Source: a virus (Duplodnaviria > Caudoviricetes). From it: DNA of 64,000 nt. This document shows positions 35,457-43,959 of this stretch, piece after piece (the first letter of the stretch is position 1; each line of letters starts with the position of its first letter). The translations under genes were made by a program, and so were the position numbers. The notes below the pieces were generated by a model that did no database searches, was not told the origin of the DNA, and saw nothing but the letters and a program-made list of their open reading frames with translations. The stretch lies in the IMG/VR virus record IMGVR_UViG_3300036770_000417, positions 1,694 to 65,693 of that record, one strand, 5' to 3'.

Positions 35457-38265
35457 GCGCCTCCAAGCGCGCGGTCAGGGTTTCGACCTGAGCCGTTAGT
35501 TCTTGTATCGCCTTCACCAGCACGGGGATCAAGTGCGCTTCGGTGTATTGCAACTTGTCCGGGTTGTCGGCGCTGATGATGACGGGATCGTCACCTTCGA
35601 GCGGCAGGACTTCTTGTGCAAGGAAGCCATAGCGGCGCTTGCCGTCTGTCTCGTCGCTCTCGCGGCCCTTGCGGAACTGATACTCGGTCGGCTTGAGAGC
35701 GCGCACAAAGTCCAGACCATGCTCGATGGGGCGGAAGCATGTCTTGTCGCGGCAGTCCGATGTAGCCGTCCACGCGATCTTGATGAGAGCGCAGGTGTGG
35801 TCGTCATTCCCCATGACGATGTAGTTGCACTCGGTGGTGATGTTGCAGATGCCTTCGGGCGTAGAGCCTGTGCGGCCTGCGTTGCGGCCGATGCCGATGT
35901 TGTTGTTGCCTGTGGCATTGAGGAATGCCGCACTGCCGATGGCGACGTTGTTAAATCCGGTTACAACCGCGCCAAGGGCTGAGTTACCAACGGCGACGTT
36001 TTGGCACCCTGTTGTGTTGCAGGACATCACAGAAGCGCCCAGTCCCGAGTTGTTAGGCCCTGTTGTAGTTACATTAAGCGCAGCGTTGCCGACAGCCACA
36101 TTGCCGTCTGCTGTTGTACTAGAGGAAAGTGCCGATCTCCCAAGCGCAGTATTACCCGTACCTGTCGTGCTAGAGGTTAGTGCGCCTTGCCCTGTTGCTG
36201 TGTTATTACATCCCGTCGTATTCAGCCTCAGACTGCAAGCCCCAACCGCAGTATTACTCGTCCCCGTCGTCGTACAAAGCGCAGCCTGAAAGCCTACGGC
36301 CACGTTGTTCATGTCAGCGTTGCCGGAGGGGTTTTGGTTGCGGAGGGCATCGTAGCCTAGCGCAGTAGATTGGTCACCCTCTACGTTGGAGAGAAGGGCG
36401 TTGGTGCCCACCGCAGTGTTGAGTGTGCCCGTGGTGTTACTGAAAAGTGCGTTGACGCCAGAGGCAGTGTTGTTGCTGCCCGTGGTGTTGGAAAAGAGGG
36501 CGCTGACGCCAGAGGCGGTGTTGTCGCCGCCCGTGGTGTTTAAGCGAAGGGCTTGGAGGCCGGTGGCGGTGTTCTGACAACCAGTGGTGTTCAGCCTAAG
36601 CGAACACGCCCCAACAGCCGTATTATTGCACCCCGTCGTCGTACACAACGCAGCCTGATAGCCTACGGCTACGTTGTTCATGCCCACGTTGCCGGAGGGG
36701 TTTTGGTTTAGAAGCGCGGAGTGGCCGACGGCTACGGAATTGCCGCCTTCTTGGTTAGCGTTGAGGGCATCTCTGCCCACAGCGGTGTTAAATACACCAA
36801 CAGTATTTGAACAAAGGGCGTTACTGCCTACAGCTACGTTTTGAAGCCCTGTAGTGTTATTCCGAAGTGCTGAAGACCCGATAGCTGTGTTGAAGTTGCC
36901 TGTTGTATTCGCCGCTAGCGCGCAATGACCAGCCGCGACCCCAAAACAACCGCTCGTATTCGCCGTCAGCGCACAAGCCCCAACCGCTGTATTGCTTGCC
37001 CCAGTCAGCCCAGCATCATCCAGCGCCTGATCCCCCAGCGCCACGTTGTTCGTGCCAACAGGATAGTTCCCGTCCAGCTTGATCGTGCCGCCGTCGAACG
37101 AGACGTTCCCCGTCGCCGTGAGCGTCGTGAACGTACCAGCAGCGGCGGTGCCGCCACCGATTGTCGTCCCGTCAATCGTCCCGCCGTTGATGTCAATCGT
37201 CGTGACTGTGCCGCCGTTCGAGACCGTAGCACCCGTGAAGTTGATCGTGCCGTTCGCCGTGACGTTGGTGAACGTAGCCGCCGCAGCCGAAGCGCCACCA
37301 ATAACCGTGCCGTCGATGGTCCCGCCGTCGATGTCGACCTTCGAGATGTCCACCTCGCCCGTGCCGTTGGGCGTGATCGCGATGTTCCCGCTCGCACCGT
37401 CGTAGATACGGATCGTCCCGCTGTTCGTCCCGGCGTTCGTGTTGAGGATCAAGTCCCCCGTGCCGTTGGTCGTGACAGTCACATCCGCGTTGCTGTCGCC
37501 AACCCGAACCGTGTCCGCGTCCAGTTGCACGTCGCCCGTGCCGTTCGGCGCAAGAACGATGTTGCCGTTCGCGTCCGTCGAGCTGATCGTGTTGCCGTTC
37601 AGGCTCAGATTGTCCACGTTGATGAGCGTAGCAGCCGTGCTCGCGCCGATGCTGACACCGTCAATCGTCCCGCCGTTGATGTCCGCAGTTGTTAAAACAA
37701 CCGACGAGAACGTGACAACGCCGGTGGAGTCGGCGATGCTGCCTGCGGCCGTGCCATCCTTCGCCTTGATGTTCGTGACCTCAAGGTTTGTCGTATCCAC
37801 CGTGGTAGAGTTTACCGTGGTGATGTTGCCGGTTGTCGAGTCGAGCGTAGCGATGCTCGTGACCGCCTCTACGACGTTAGTGCCATCGCAGAAGACAAAC
37901 TTGGTCTGGCCGTTGGCGATAGCCACACCGGTGCCCGCGGACGTCTTGATCGTAATCGTCTGACCTGCGGCGTTCTTGACGATGTAAATCTTGGTCGCTG
38001 TGGGGCAGATCACCTCGCCCGCACCCGTGAGCTGAACACCCGTATCAGTAAGCTCCAGCATCGCGCAGCGCGACTCGGATGTCGTACCGTTCGCCGTAGT
38101 CAGCGTATGCGCATTGGCGGTCCAGCTGTTGATGACCGCGCGGCCTGCAACCGCCTCTTCGACCATGGAGGTGATGTTGTCGTTTACGACAGTACCCCAC
38201 GTACCGCTGAGCTCGCCAGTGGTCGGAAGCGCAAGTTTCAGAATCGACGTGTATTGCGTAGCCAT
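35443..38265 (-). CDS. Tail fibre/spike with beta-helix repeats and C-terminal S74 intramolecular chaperone
   Basis: TGELSGTWG N-terminal anchor; DINGGTIDGT repeats; NTAVG..AL..NTTG repeats; TSDCRDK..GFLAQEV..LIPVLVKAIQEL. Confidence 0.85.
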   Translation of the reverse strand: MATQYTSILKLALPTTGELSGTWGTVVNDNITSMVEEAVAGRAVINSWTANAHTLTTANGTTSESRCAMLELTDTGVQLTGAGEVICPTATKIYIVKNAAGQTITIKTSAGTGVAIANGQTKFVFCDGTNVVEAVTSIATLDSTTGNITTVNSTTVDTTNLEVTNIKAKDGTAAGSIADSTGVVTFSSVVLTTADINGGTIDGVSIGASTAATLINVDNLSLNGNTISSTDANGNIVLAPNGTGDVQLDADTVRVGDSNADVTVTTNGTGDLILNTNAGTNSGTIRIYDGASGNIAITPNGTGEVDISKVDIDGGTIDGTVIGGASAAAATFTNVTANGTINFTGATVSNGGTVTTIDINGGTIDGTTIGGGTAAAGTFTTLTATGNVSFDGGTIKLDGNYPVGTNNVALGDQALDDAGLTGASNTAVGACALTANTSGCFGVAAGHCALAANTTGNFNTAIGSSALRNNTTGLQNVAVGSNALCSNTVGVFNTAVGRDALNANQEGGNSVAVGHSALLNQNPSGNVGMNNVAVGYQAALCTTTGCNNTAVGACSLRLNTTGCQNTATGLQALRLNTTGGDNTASGVSALFSNTTGSNNTASGVNALFSNTTGTLNTAVGTNALLSNVEGDQSTALGYDALRNQNPSGNADMNNVAVGFQAALCTTTGTSNTAVGACSLRLNTTGCNNTATGQGALTSSTTGTGNTALGRSALSSSTTADGNVAVGNAALNVTTTGPNNSGLGASVMSCNTTGCQNVAVGNSALGAVVTGFNNVAIGSAAFLNATGNNNIGIGRNAGRTGSTPEGICNITTECNYIVMGNDDHTCALIKIAWTATSDCRDKTCFRPIEHGLDFVRALKPTEYQFRKGRESDETDGKRRYGFLAQEVLPLEGDDPVIISADNPDKLQYTEAHLIPVLVKAIQELTAQVETLTARLEALENA

Positions 38266-38308
38266 GGCGAGACCTCCTAGGTCAAAGCGGCAGTTTCAGG
38301 TGCACAAC

Positions 38309-38884
38309 TCACGCGACGTCCTGCCATTGTGGCGATTGTGCACTAGGCGAAGGGGTCCAATTAGGAGCCTGTGTGTCGCTGACGTTCTGCCAACTCGGAT
38401 TCTGCGTGTCGTTGACGTCGCTCCACAAGAACACGTTACCGAGTTCGCCGGTAGCAACGACGCCAACGGCTGCAGCAAGGGCATCCGCCGTAGGAGACAC
38501 TATACCAAGCGAGGCCGTTGCAGACAAGCCGTTTGGGAACGCCAGCGCTGGCCCGCGCGCGACAACATCGCCAAGCGCAGATGTTGTGACCTCACCGGTG
38601 ACGGCTATACTGGCGTCCGCCACAAACGCGACGGTGCCCACAACACCCGTGGCTTCAACCCCGGTAACCGCCACAACGGAGCCCGCGACGGTAACAACAG
38701 TGCCTACAGCGCCGGTAGCTTCGACCCCGGTAACAGCGATGTTGGCGTCTGCAGTGGTACCAACAGTACCAACAGCTCCAGTAGCCGCGACGCCGTCAGG
38801 GAAGACCTCGATAAGGTCAAGGCCCCACGAACCTTCAGACCATGGGACAGCGCCCCACCCGATATACGAGTTGGAGCTAGCCAT
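38309..38884 (-). CDS. Probable structural protein (VTGVEATG repeats)
   Basis: GWG..W..GSWG N-terminus; repeated AVTGVEATGAVGTV. Confidence 0.6.
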   Translation of the reverse strand: MASSNSYIGWGAVPWSEGSWGLDLIEVFPDGVAATGAVGTVGTTADANIAVTGVEATGAVGTVVTVAGSVVAVTGVEATGVVGTVAFVADASIAVTGEVTTSALGDVVARGPALAFPNGLSATASLGIVSPTADALAAAVGVVATGELGNVFLWSDVNDTQNPSWQNVSDTQAPNWTPSPSAQSPQWQDVA

Positions 38885-38892
38885 ACGTCACG

Positions 38893-39321
38893 TCACGCCA
38901 GCCGCAAGATGGCGTTGGACGCATCCGCGGCGGGAAACTGAATCGTGAAGTCCCCGTTGGTAGAGGTGATATCGGCCCCGAAGTTCAGGACGGCCACCGC
39001 AGGGTTACCGCCGCCGCTCTTGTAGATGAGCGCCCCACGCGCCGTGATGCTCGCCGCTGCCCACGTCGTGTCGTTGAAGTCCAAGAAGGCGGTCGTGCCC
39101 GAAGTAGTGGGCGCCACTACAGTGAGCGTATTGCCCCCGGCTGTATACCCCGTGCCCGTGACCTCGTTGGAGGTAGTGTAGGCCGTGGTGGTCGCATCGA
39201 GCGACGCACTGGACGTGTACAGCGCGATCTTGAAGACCTGCGAAGTGTCCGAGCTGAAGTCCATCTCGCCATCAAGCAGTGCGAGCTTGAACGAGGTACA
39301 CATTGCCTGTGTGATCGCCAA
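38893..39321 (-). CDS. Probable structural protein
   Basis: MCTSFK, FKIALYT, GYTAGG, ITARGALIY, FTIQFP; TTG start with GGAGG SD. Confidence 0.65.
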   Translation of the reverse strand: MAITQAMCTSFKLALLDGEMDFSSDTSQVFKIALYTSSASLDATTTAYTTSNEVTGTGYTAGGNTLTVVAPTTSGTTAFLDFNDTTWAAASITARGALIYKSGGGNPAVAVLNFGADITSTNGDFTIQFPAADASNAILRLA

Positions 39322-39331
39322 AGTAGCCTCC

Positions 39332-39961
39332 TTAGCTTATCGGGTTGCGGACCTGCCCGGACCGGTACGCATCCGCCCTGAGCTTTCCGTCGCCGAGATT
39401 CTTGAGCAGCCCGATGGCTAGCACGTACAGCTTCTCGTACATGGCAACCAGATCAGGCTCACCCTTCATAAAGCGGATAGCCTCAATCAGGGCACCGTTC
39501 AGCAGTGCGCTATCGAACTCAGTACCCAGCCACGTCGTGCCCGCAGTGACGATAGACTCCGGGTAGTACCCGTAGTGCAGCTCGACCGCGTAAGCCGCGT
39601 TAGGCGTAGGCCCAAGCAGGAAGGCCGTGTCATTGAAGTTTGCGTAGTGCTTAGGCACACCGGTAGCCGCAGACGACGGATACGCCTCCCGGATGAAGTT
39701 CACATCCTTGTTGAGGAGGTACATGTAATCGCCGTCCCCGTCGATGACGGCGAGGCTGAACGTGTAGAGGTAATCAGACGGGGTGGCGAGGTAGCTGTTA
39801 CCCGCGGTCAAGGTGCCCGTCTGATTGCGCCGCAAAGCGGGAATCTGAACAGTGTTGTAGATTTTCTGCTCAGCTTGCTGAGTGAACATAGCGAGCTGCG
39901 CATCTGTGAACGTGTTTTCACAGATGTCTTGGATGTTGGCCTTCAGCTCGACATAGTTCAT
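39332..39961 (-). CDS. Probable head-tail adaptor
   Basis: AEQKIYN, KDVNFIREAYP, LGPTP, LLNGALIEA..FMKGE. Confidence 0.65.
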   Translation of the reverse strand: MNYVELKANIQDICENTFTDAQLAMFTQQAEQKIYNTVQIPALRRNQTGTLTAGNSYLATPSDYLYTFSLAVIDGDGDYMYLLNKDVNFIREAYPSSAATGVPKHYANFNDTAFLLGPTPNAAYAVELHYGYYPESIVTAGTTWLGTEFDSALLNGALIEAIRFMKGEPDLVAMYEKLYVLAIGLLKNLGDGKLRADAYRSGQVRNPIS

Positions 39962-39964
39962 CTG

Positions 39965-40135
39965 TTAGCCCATCGGCCCCCGAGCCATCGTGCCCTTGAT
40001 AGCTGCACCGGTACCACGAATCTTGACGCCGCCGCCCTTCTTCATGCCGTGCATCCGCTTCTCATGCGCCTTGACCTCAGTCTTGGCGACCTTCTTGGCG
40101 GTGGACATGCCGCCGGACTTCATCATCTTCTTCAT
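39965..40135 (-). CDS. Small basic protein
   Basis: MKKMMKSGG..MKKGGGVKIRGTGAA..RGPMG; GGAGG SD. Confidence 0.6.
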   Translation of the reverse strand: MKKMMKSGGMSTAKKVAKTEVKAHEKRMHGMKKGGGVKIRGTGAAIKGTMARGPMG

Positions 40136-40146
40136 CGGTGCCTCCG

Positions 40147-40458
40147 TTATGTGACTACTACCGTAACCTGCCCCACAAATCCAGTAGCGACGACTGAACG
40201 CTGCGGGATGATCTGCGCGCGGCTCTCCGGGTAACCAGCGAAGTCCGGACGCGGATTTCGAATAGCCTGCGGGTCGTCCACCGGAAACTCGCCCAGCTTG
40301 AGCTGCGGGTGATCGGGGTCCCAGCACTCGTGACAAGCTTTGACGTTGGTATCGCGACCCTTGACGATGACGTTGCGCAGCTCCTTTAGCTTGAAGCGGA
40401 AGCCGCAGACGTCGCACTCGGCGATGGCGATCTTGGTAGAGGCGAAGCGGTTGCTCAT
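40147..40458 (-). CDS. Hypothetical CxxC protein
   Basis: CDVCGF..CHECWDPDHPQL..DPQAIRNPRPD. Confidence 0.65.
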   Translation of the reverse strand: MSNRFASTKIAIAECDVCGFRFKLKELRNVIVKGRDTNVKACHECWDPDHPQLKLGEFPVDDPQAIRNPRPDFAGYPESRAQIIPQRSVVATGFVGQVTVVVT

Positions 40459-40459
40459 G

Positions 40460-41146
40460 TCACACCCGCATCATTCGAGGAACGAAGCGCACCGGGGCCT
40501 TCTCCCGGTCCTCGCCCGCGGCGAGGTCAAACTGCTCGCTGTACGCCTGCTTGAGCATCGGGATACGCTCTGCCAGCTCCGGAACCTTCATGGCGATGTG
40601 ATAGGCCAACCCCGCCACGAGGCAGGGGAGGAAGCGGAAGTTCATGTCCGCGGTCTGGACCCCACTTCCAGCGTCCTCAATGCGGCGCATCCGCCAGTAG
40701 ACAAAGACGTAGCCCGCCACATCGGGTACCGGCCACAGGTTGATCCGCGGCGCGTCGCGAAGCCTCTCAATCCAGACTTGGATCGGCCGCCCCTGAGTGA
40801 GCTTGTTCGGTATCGAAGAGTAGGTGCTGACGCTGATGCGCGAGATTGTGAGGTCCTGCTGCGTAGACTCACTACCTGCTCCTGTACGCACGACGTGGTC
40901 GAGTAGATCAATCGTATCCGCCGGGAGCGTATACTGCCCCACACCCGGAGTCAGCGACACACTGCCGCTGTCGATAGTCCACATGTTGATGCCGCGGTTC
41001 TGCCACTCGATGGTCATCAAGTTCATCGACCGCCGCGCGGTGCGCAGGTCGTAGCCAGACCGCATCTCCCGGCCCGCACGCTCCCATGCTTCCTCGGCGA
41101 TCTCCGTGAAGTCCATGTTGAACGCAGTGGTGCCGGACGTCGTCAT
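40460..41146 (-). CDS. Probable head-tail connector protein
   Basis: TARRSMNL..EWQNRGINMW, IPNK..GRP, RFLPCLVAGLAY. Confidence 0.65.
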   Translation of the reverse strand: MTTSGTTAFNMDFTEIAEEAWERAGREMRSGYDLRTARRSMNLMTIEWQNRGINMWTIDSGSVSLTPGVGQYTLPADTIDLLDHVVRTGAGSESTQQDLTISRISVSTYSSIPNKLTQGRPIQVWIERLRDAPRINLWPVPDVAGYVFVYWRMRRIEDAGSGVQTADMNFRFLPCLVAGLAYHIAMKVPELAERIPMLKQAYSEQFDLAAGEDREKAPVRFVPRMMRV

Positions 41147-41322
41147 TACTTACCAAGCCCCCGTAGAGTCTGTGCGAGGCGTGCACGCTGCCCCATCTTG
41201 CCGGGCTTCTTGGCGGCGGCCGCAAGCTTCTTGGGCGGAATCTTGGCGCCCTTCTTGACGCCCATGCTCTCACGCAGGGCACCGGGCTTCTTGATCGCGT
41301 TCTGAATCCACTTCTCTGCCAC
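41146..41322 (-). CDS. Small basic protein (58 aa, absent from the ORF track)
   Basis: GTG start after AGGAGGT; MAEKWIQNAIKKPGALR..RARLAQTLRGLGK; stop overlaps next ATG. Confidence 0.65.
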   Translation of the reverse strand: MAEKWIQNAIKKPGALRESMGVKKGAKIPPKKLAAAAKKPGKMGQRARLAQTLRGLGK

Positions 41323-41324
41323 AG

Positions 41325-41699
41325 CTACCTCCTGTAGGGCGCAGTCTTAGCTGCGATGCGTTTGGGTTGGGGGACAAATTGCTGGCCCTTCTTTGTGCCC
41401 TCGCGCTTGGCTCGGGTCGTGGCAGCGTACTCGGACGGAGTCAGCGCTTCACGCGCCTTCTTCGGCAGGTAACGCTCGCCCGTTTCACCAGAAGGCTTCC
41501 CGCTCTTTGTCCCCCAATCTTCCTTGGTCCACTTAGACATGCTCTTCTGAGCCTTTGTCTTAGCACCGGTGTAGCCGCCACCCTTCTCTCTGTAGAGTTT
41601 GCCCGCAAGCTGCATGGCGCGAGCTGAGTGCTTACCACCCATCTTCGCCTTAGCCTGCGACTTGGCCTTCTCCCAGAGAGCTTCGTTGGTGCGGCCCAT
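41325..41699 (-). CDS. Basic protein (DUF5872-like)
   Basis: SARAMQL..GGGY..KWTKEDWGTKSGKPS..GERYLP..FVPQP. Confidence 0.65.
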   Translation of the reverse strand: MGRTNEALWEKAKSQAKAKMGGKHSARAMQLAGKLYREKGGGYTGAKTKAQKSMSKWTKEDWGTKSGKPSGETGERYLPKKAREALTPSEYAATTRAKREGTKKGQQFVPQPKRIAAKTAPYRR

Positions 41700-41702
41700 C
41701 GG

Positions 41703-42053
41703 TCAGACCATCTTCCCCTTCGTGTGCCCCTTGGAGCACATGCCGTCGCCACGGGTGACCTTGCCGCCCTTGGCGTACTTCTTCATCTTGGCCATGCCGC
41801 CCTTCTTCATGGCAGGCATGGCACCGCCACCGCCCATGCCACCGCCCATGCCACCGCCCATGGCACCGCGCATCATACGGCGACGACGCTCTTCCTCGGT
41901 CTCACCGCCCATAGCGGCCATACCGCCCATCTGGTACTTCTTCATCGAGAACTCCTTTCCGACCTTCTGAGGCACCCCGACCTTCTTTGCGAACTTGGGG
42001 TTGTTTGCTACCGCAGCCATGAACCGTCGCTGCTTTTCAGACTTTGCTGGCAT
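41703..42053 (-). CDS. Basic Gly/Met-rich protein
   Basis: KQRRFMAAVA.NPKFAKKVGVPQ; GGMGGG runs; YAKGGKV..GDG..KG.TKG. Confidence 0.65.
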   Translation of the reverse strand: MPAKSEKQRRFMAAVANNPKFAKKVGVPQKVGKEFSMKKYQMGGMAAMGGETEEERRRRMMRGAMGGGMGGGMGGGGAMPAMKKGGMAKMKKYAKGGKVTRGDGMCSKGHTKGKMV

Positions 42054-42054
42054 C

Positions 42055-42309
42055 TCAACACCGCCACGCCCGCAGCGACTTATTGATCCGCGAGTTCGGA
42101 TCGTTGCGCGTCTTCTCGCTCGTCATTTTCTTACGCATTCCGGACATCCGGGCACAGAAGCTTTTCTTGCGAGGGCCGCCCTCGGGCTGCGGAGCCTTCA
42201 ACCCCGGCTTGCCGGGGTTAGCCTTGTTGTAGCTGGCACGACCCTTGGCGTTCAGGCCGCCTTTCGGGTTCTGTCCCTCCTTGCGCTGCCATGCCGGAGT
42301 CTTGGCCAT
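42055..42309 (-). CDS. Small basic protein
   Basis: AWQRKEGQNPKGGLN.KGRASY..RKKSFCARM..SLRAWRC. Confidence 0.65.
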   Translation of the reverse strand: MAKTPAWQRKEGQNPKGGLNAKGRASYNKANPGKPGLKAPQPEGGPRKKSFCARMSGMRKKMTSEKTRNDPNSRINKSLRAWRC

Positions 42310-42313
42310 GGGC

Positions 42314-42895
42314 TTACCCGCAGATGAGGTTCAGCACGACCAAGTTGGTCGTAGCCACCGTTGCGTAATCGTTCACCGTGTAGGCGGTGAGGATGCCCTC
42401 ACCCGGCATGAGCAGCCCGTCCGTGTGGTCTTCAGATGACGGCGTGGGGAGGTAGAACAGCTGCGCACTGTCGCTTGCGCGCGTGACGGTGATAGTCCCC
42501 GCCGTGGCGCTAGCCTCGTAGTACACATGCTTGATGCGCGTCTTCGGGAGCGAGAAGTTGCCGCCGTATCCCACCGTGATCGAGCCCGCGGTGGCGGCGT
42601 CAACCGACACCCCCGTGACCTCTACAAAGTAGGACGAGCCCGTTACGGTTGTGGTAGCCGGCCCGGTGATAGCCTCGGTCAGCACCTTGCCATCCATACC
42701 GATGCCGGTGACAGTGAACGTACGCCCGCCGTCCGCACCGTCAGAGGTGACCGTAACCTGATACCCGACCCCGTTACGCGCGGGTACTGAGTTGGCAACG
42801 GTAAGCGCGCCCCCGGCAACGGGGGTGACCGCCTCAACATAGAAGTCCGCGTCCGACTGCTGCGTTACGGACCAGACGTCTCCAGACATACCCAT
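42314..42895 (-). CDS. Hypothetical structural protein
   Basis: Thr/Val/Gly-rich beta protein in the capsid operon. Confidence 0.55.
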   Translation of the reverse strand: MGMSGDVWSVTQQSDADFYVEAVTPVAGGALTVANSVPARNGVGYQVTVTSDGADGGRTFTVTGIGMDGKVLTEAITGPATTTVTGSSYFVEVTGVSVDAATAGSITVGYGGNFSLPKTRIKHVYYEASATAGTITVTRASDSAQLFYLPTPSSEDHTDGLLMPGEGILTAYTVNDYATVATTNLVVLNLICG

Positions 42896-42898
42896 AGG

Positions 42899-43012
42899 TC
42901 ACGCCTCCTTGATTTCTCCGCGGAGGACCATCGCCTTGTACGCGGCGCTGCCCTTGGGGGGCAGCGGCTTTGTAGGTTCAGCGGGGGCCTTCTTGGTGAT
43001 TGCCTTAGCCAT
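42899..43012 (-). CDS. Small hypothetical protein (37 aa)
   Basis: MAKAITKKAPAEP..GEIKEA fills the gap exactly; GAGGGG upstream. Confidence 0.45.
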   Translation of the reverse strand: MAKAITKKAPAEPTKPLPPKGSAAYKAMVLRGEIKEA

Positions 43013-43022
43013 CAACAGCCCC

Positions 43023-43739
43023 TCACCGATCCGCGGTGGCAAACAGGTAGTCTATGGACATCGACTTGGTGCCGGTAGCCGAGCCCGACAGCTCCATCGC
43101 TGCAACAGTCAGGTTCTCGTCATCCGGCAGGTTGGTCGTGTGCGTAGCAACGAGCTGGCGGTTCACAAAGAACTGCACATAGCTCGTACCCACAACACGG
43201 AACCCGAGGATGACCGACGTGCCGCTGACGATGTCGACGCCCGAATCGGTCGACGTCTCGGTGCCGTCCTTCTCGGTCTTGCAGAGAATGTTGCTGTCGC
43301 CGTCGTTGATCTGGAACACGATGCGGTCCGCAGCGGTGAGCATGGCCTCAGGGTTCGTGGCAAAGTTAACCGTCATGCCCACGCAAACATCCATCGCGTC
43401 GCCTTCGGCGTCGGTGATGAAGAGCTTCGTTTCGAACCAGATGTCCTTGCCAGCCGAGAGGGCGAAGATTTCGTTGCCCTGAATCGACGCACCATCATCA
43501 TCGGTTGTGGCTTCCGAAGTCAGAACCGCGACCCCGCCAACGATATCCGCGCCAATGGCGACAGTCGCGTTGGTATCTTTCACAACGGTCCAGTCGTTGG
43601 TGGCATCCAGCGTGACACCCGTGAAATCATCCCAGAAGGTGATGAAGTCGGGGTTCTTGTCGATGGGCATGTCTGCGAACCACAGACGAGGGGCGTCCTT
43701 CCCCGCAAAAAGGATCGGACCAGTAAAACGTACAGCCAT
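43023..43739 (-). CDS. Probable virion structural protein (lectin-like beta sandwich)
   Basis: VRFTGP N-terminus, FWDDF, WFETK, C-terminal IDYL; AGGAG SD. Confidence 0.55.
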   Translation of the reverse strand: MAVRFTGPILFAGKDAPRLWFADMPIDKNPDFITFWDDFTGVTLDATNDWTVVKDTNATVAIGADIVGGVAVLTSEATTDDDGASIQGNEIFALSAGKDIWFETKLFITDAEGDAMDVCVGMTVNFATNPEAMLTAADRIVFQINDGDSNILCKTEKDGTETSTDSGVDIVSGTSVILGFRVVGTSYVQFFVNRQLVATHTTNLPDDENLTVAAMELSGSATGTKSMSIDYLFATADR

Positions 43740-43909
43740 GTGAGTCTCCTGTCGTGGCTAGGGTCGGCTGCACCGCGCAGCCGTCAGGAACTGCAGGCAC
43801 TGTACAGCATAAGAAAGCAAAAAGAAAGAGGGGAACCGCTGCAACCTCTAGCGGTACTATCCTAGGTAACGATAGACGTACTTGTGAATTTTTTGTACCG
43901 GCGAACCAC

Positions 43910-43936
43910 AAAAAACCCCCGCCGAAGCGGGGGTTT
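43910..43936 (-). terminator. Rho-independent terminator after the major capsid gene
   Basis: Minus strand AAACCCCCGC-TTCG-GCGGGGGTTTTTT. Confidence 0.85.
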
Positions 43937-43959
43937 CATGGTTAAGCTCTTGATTTCTA

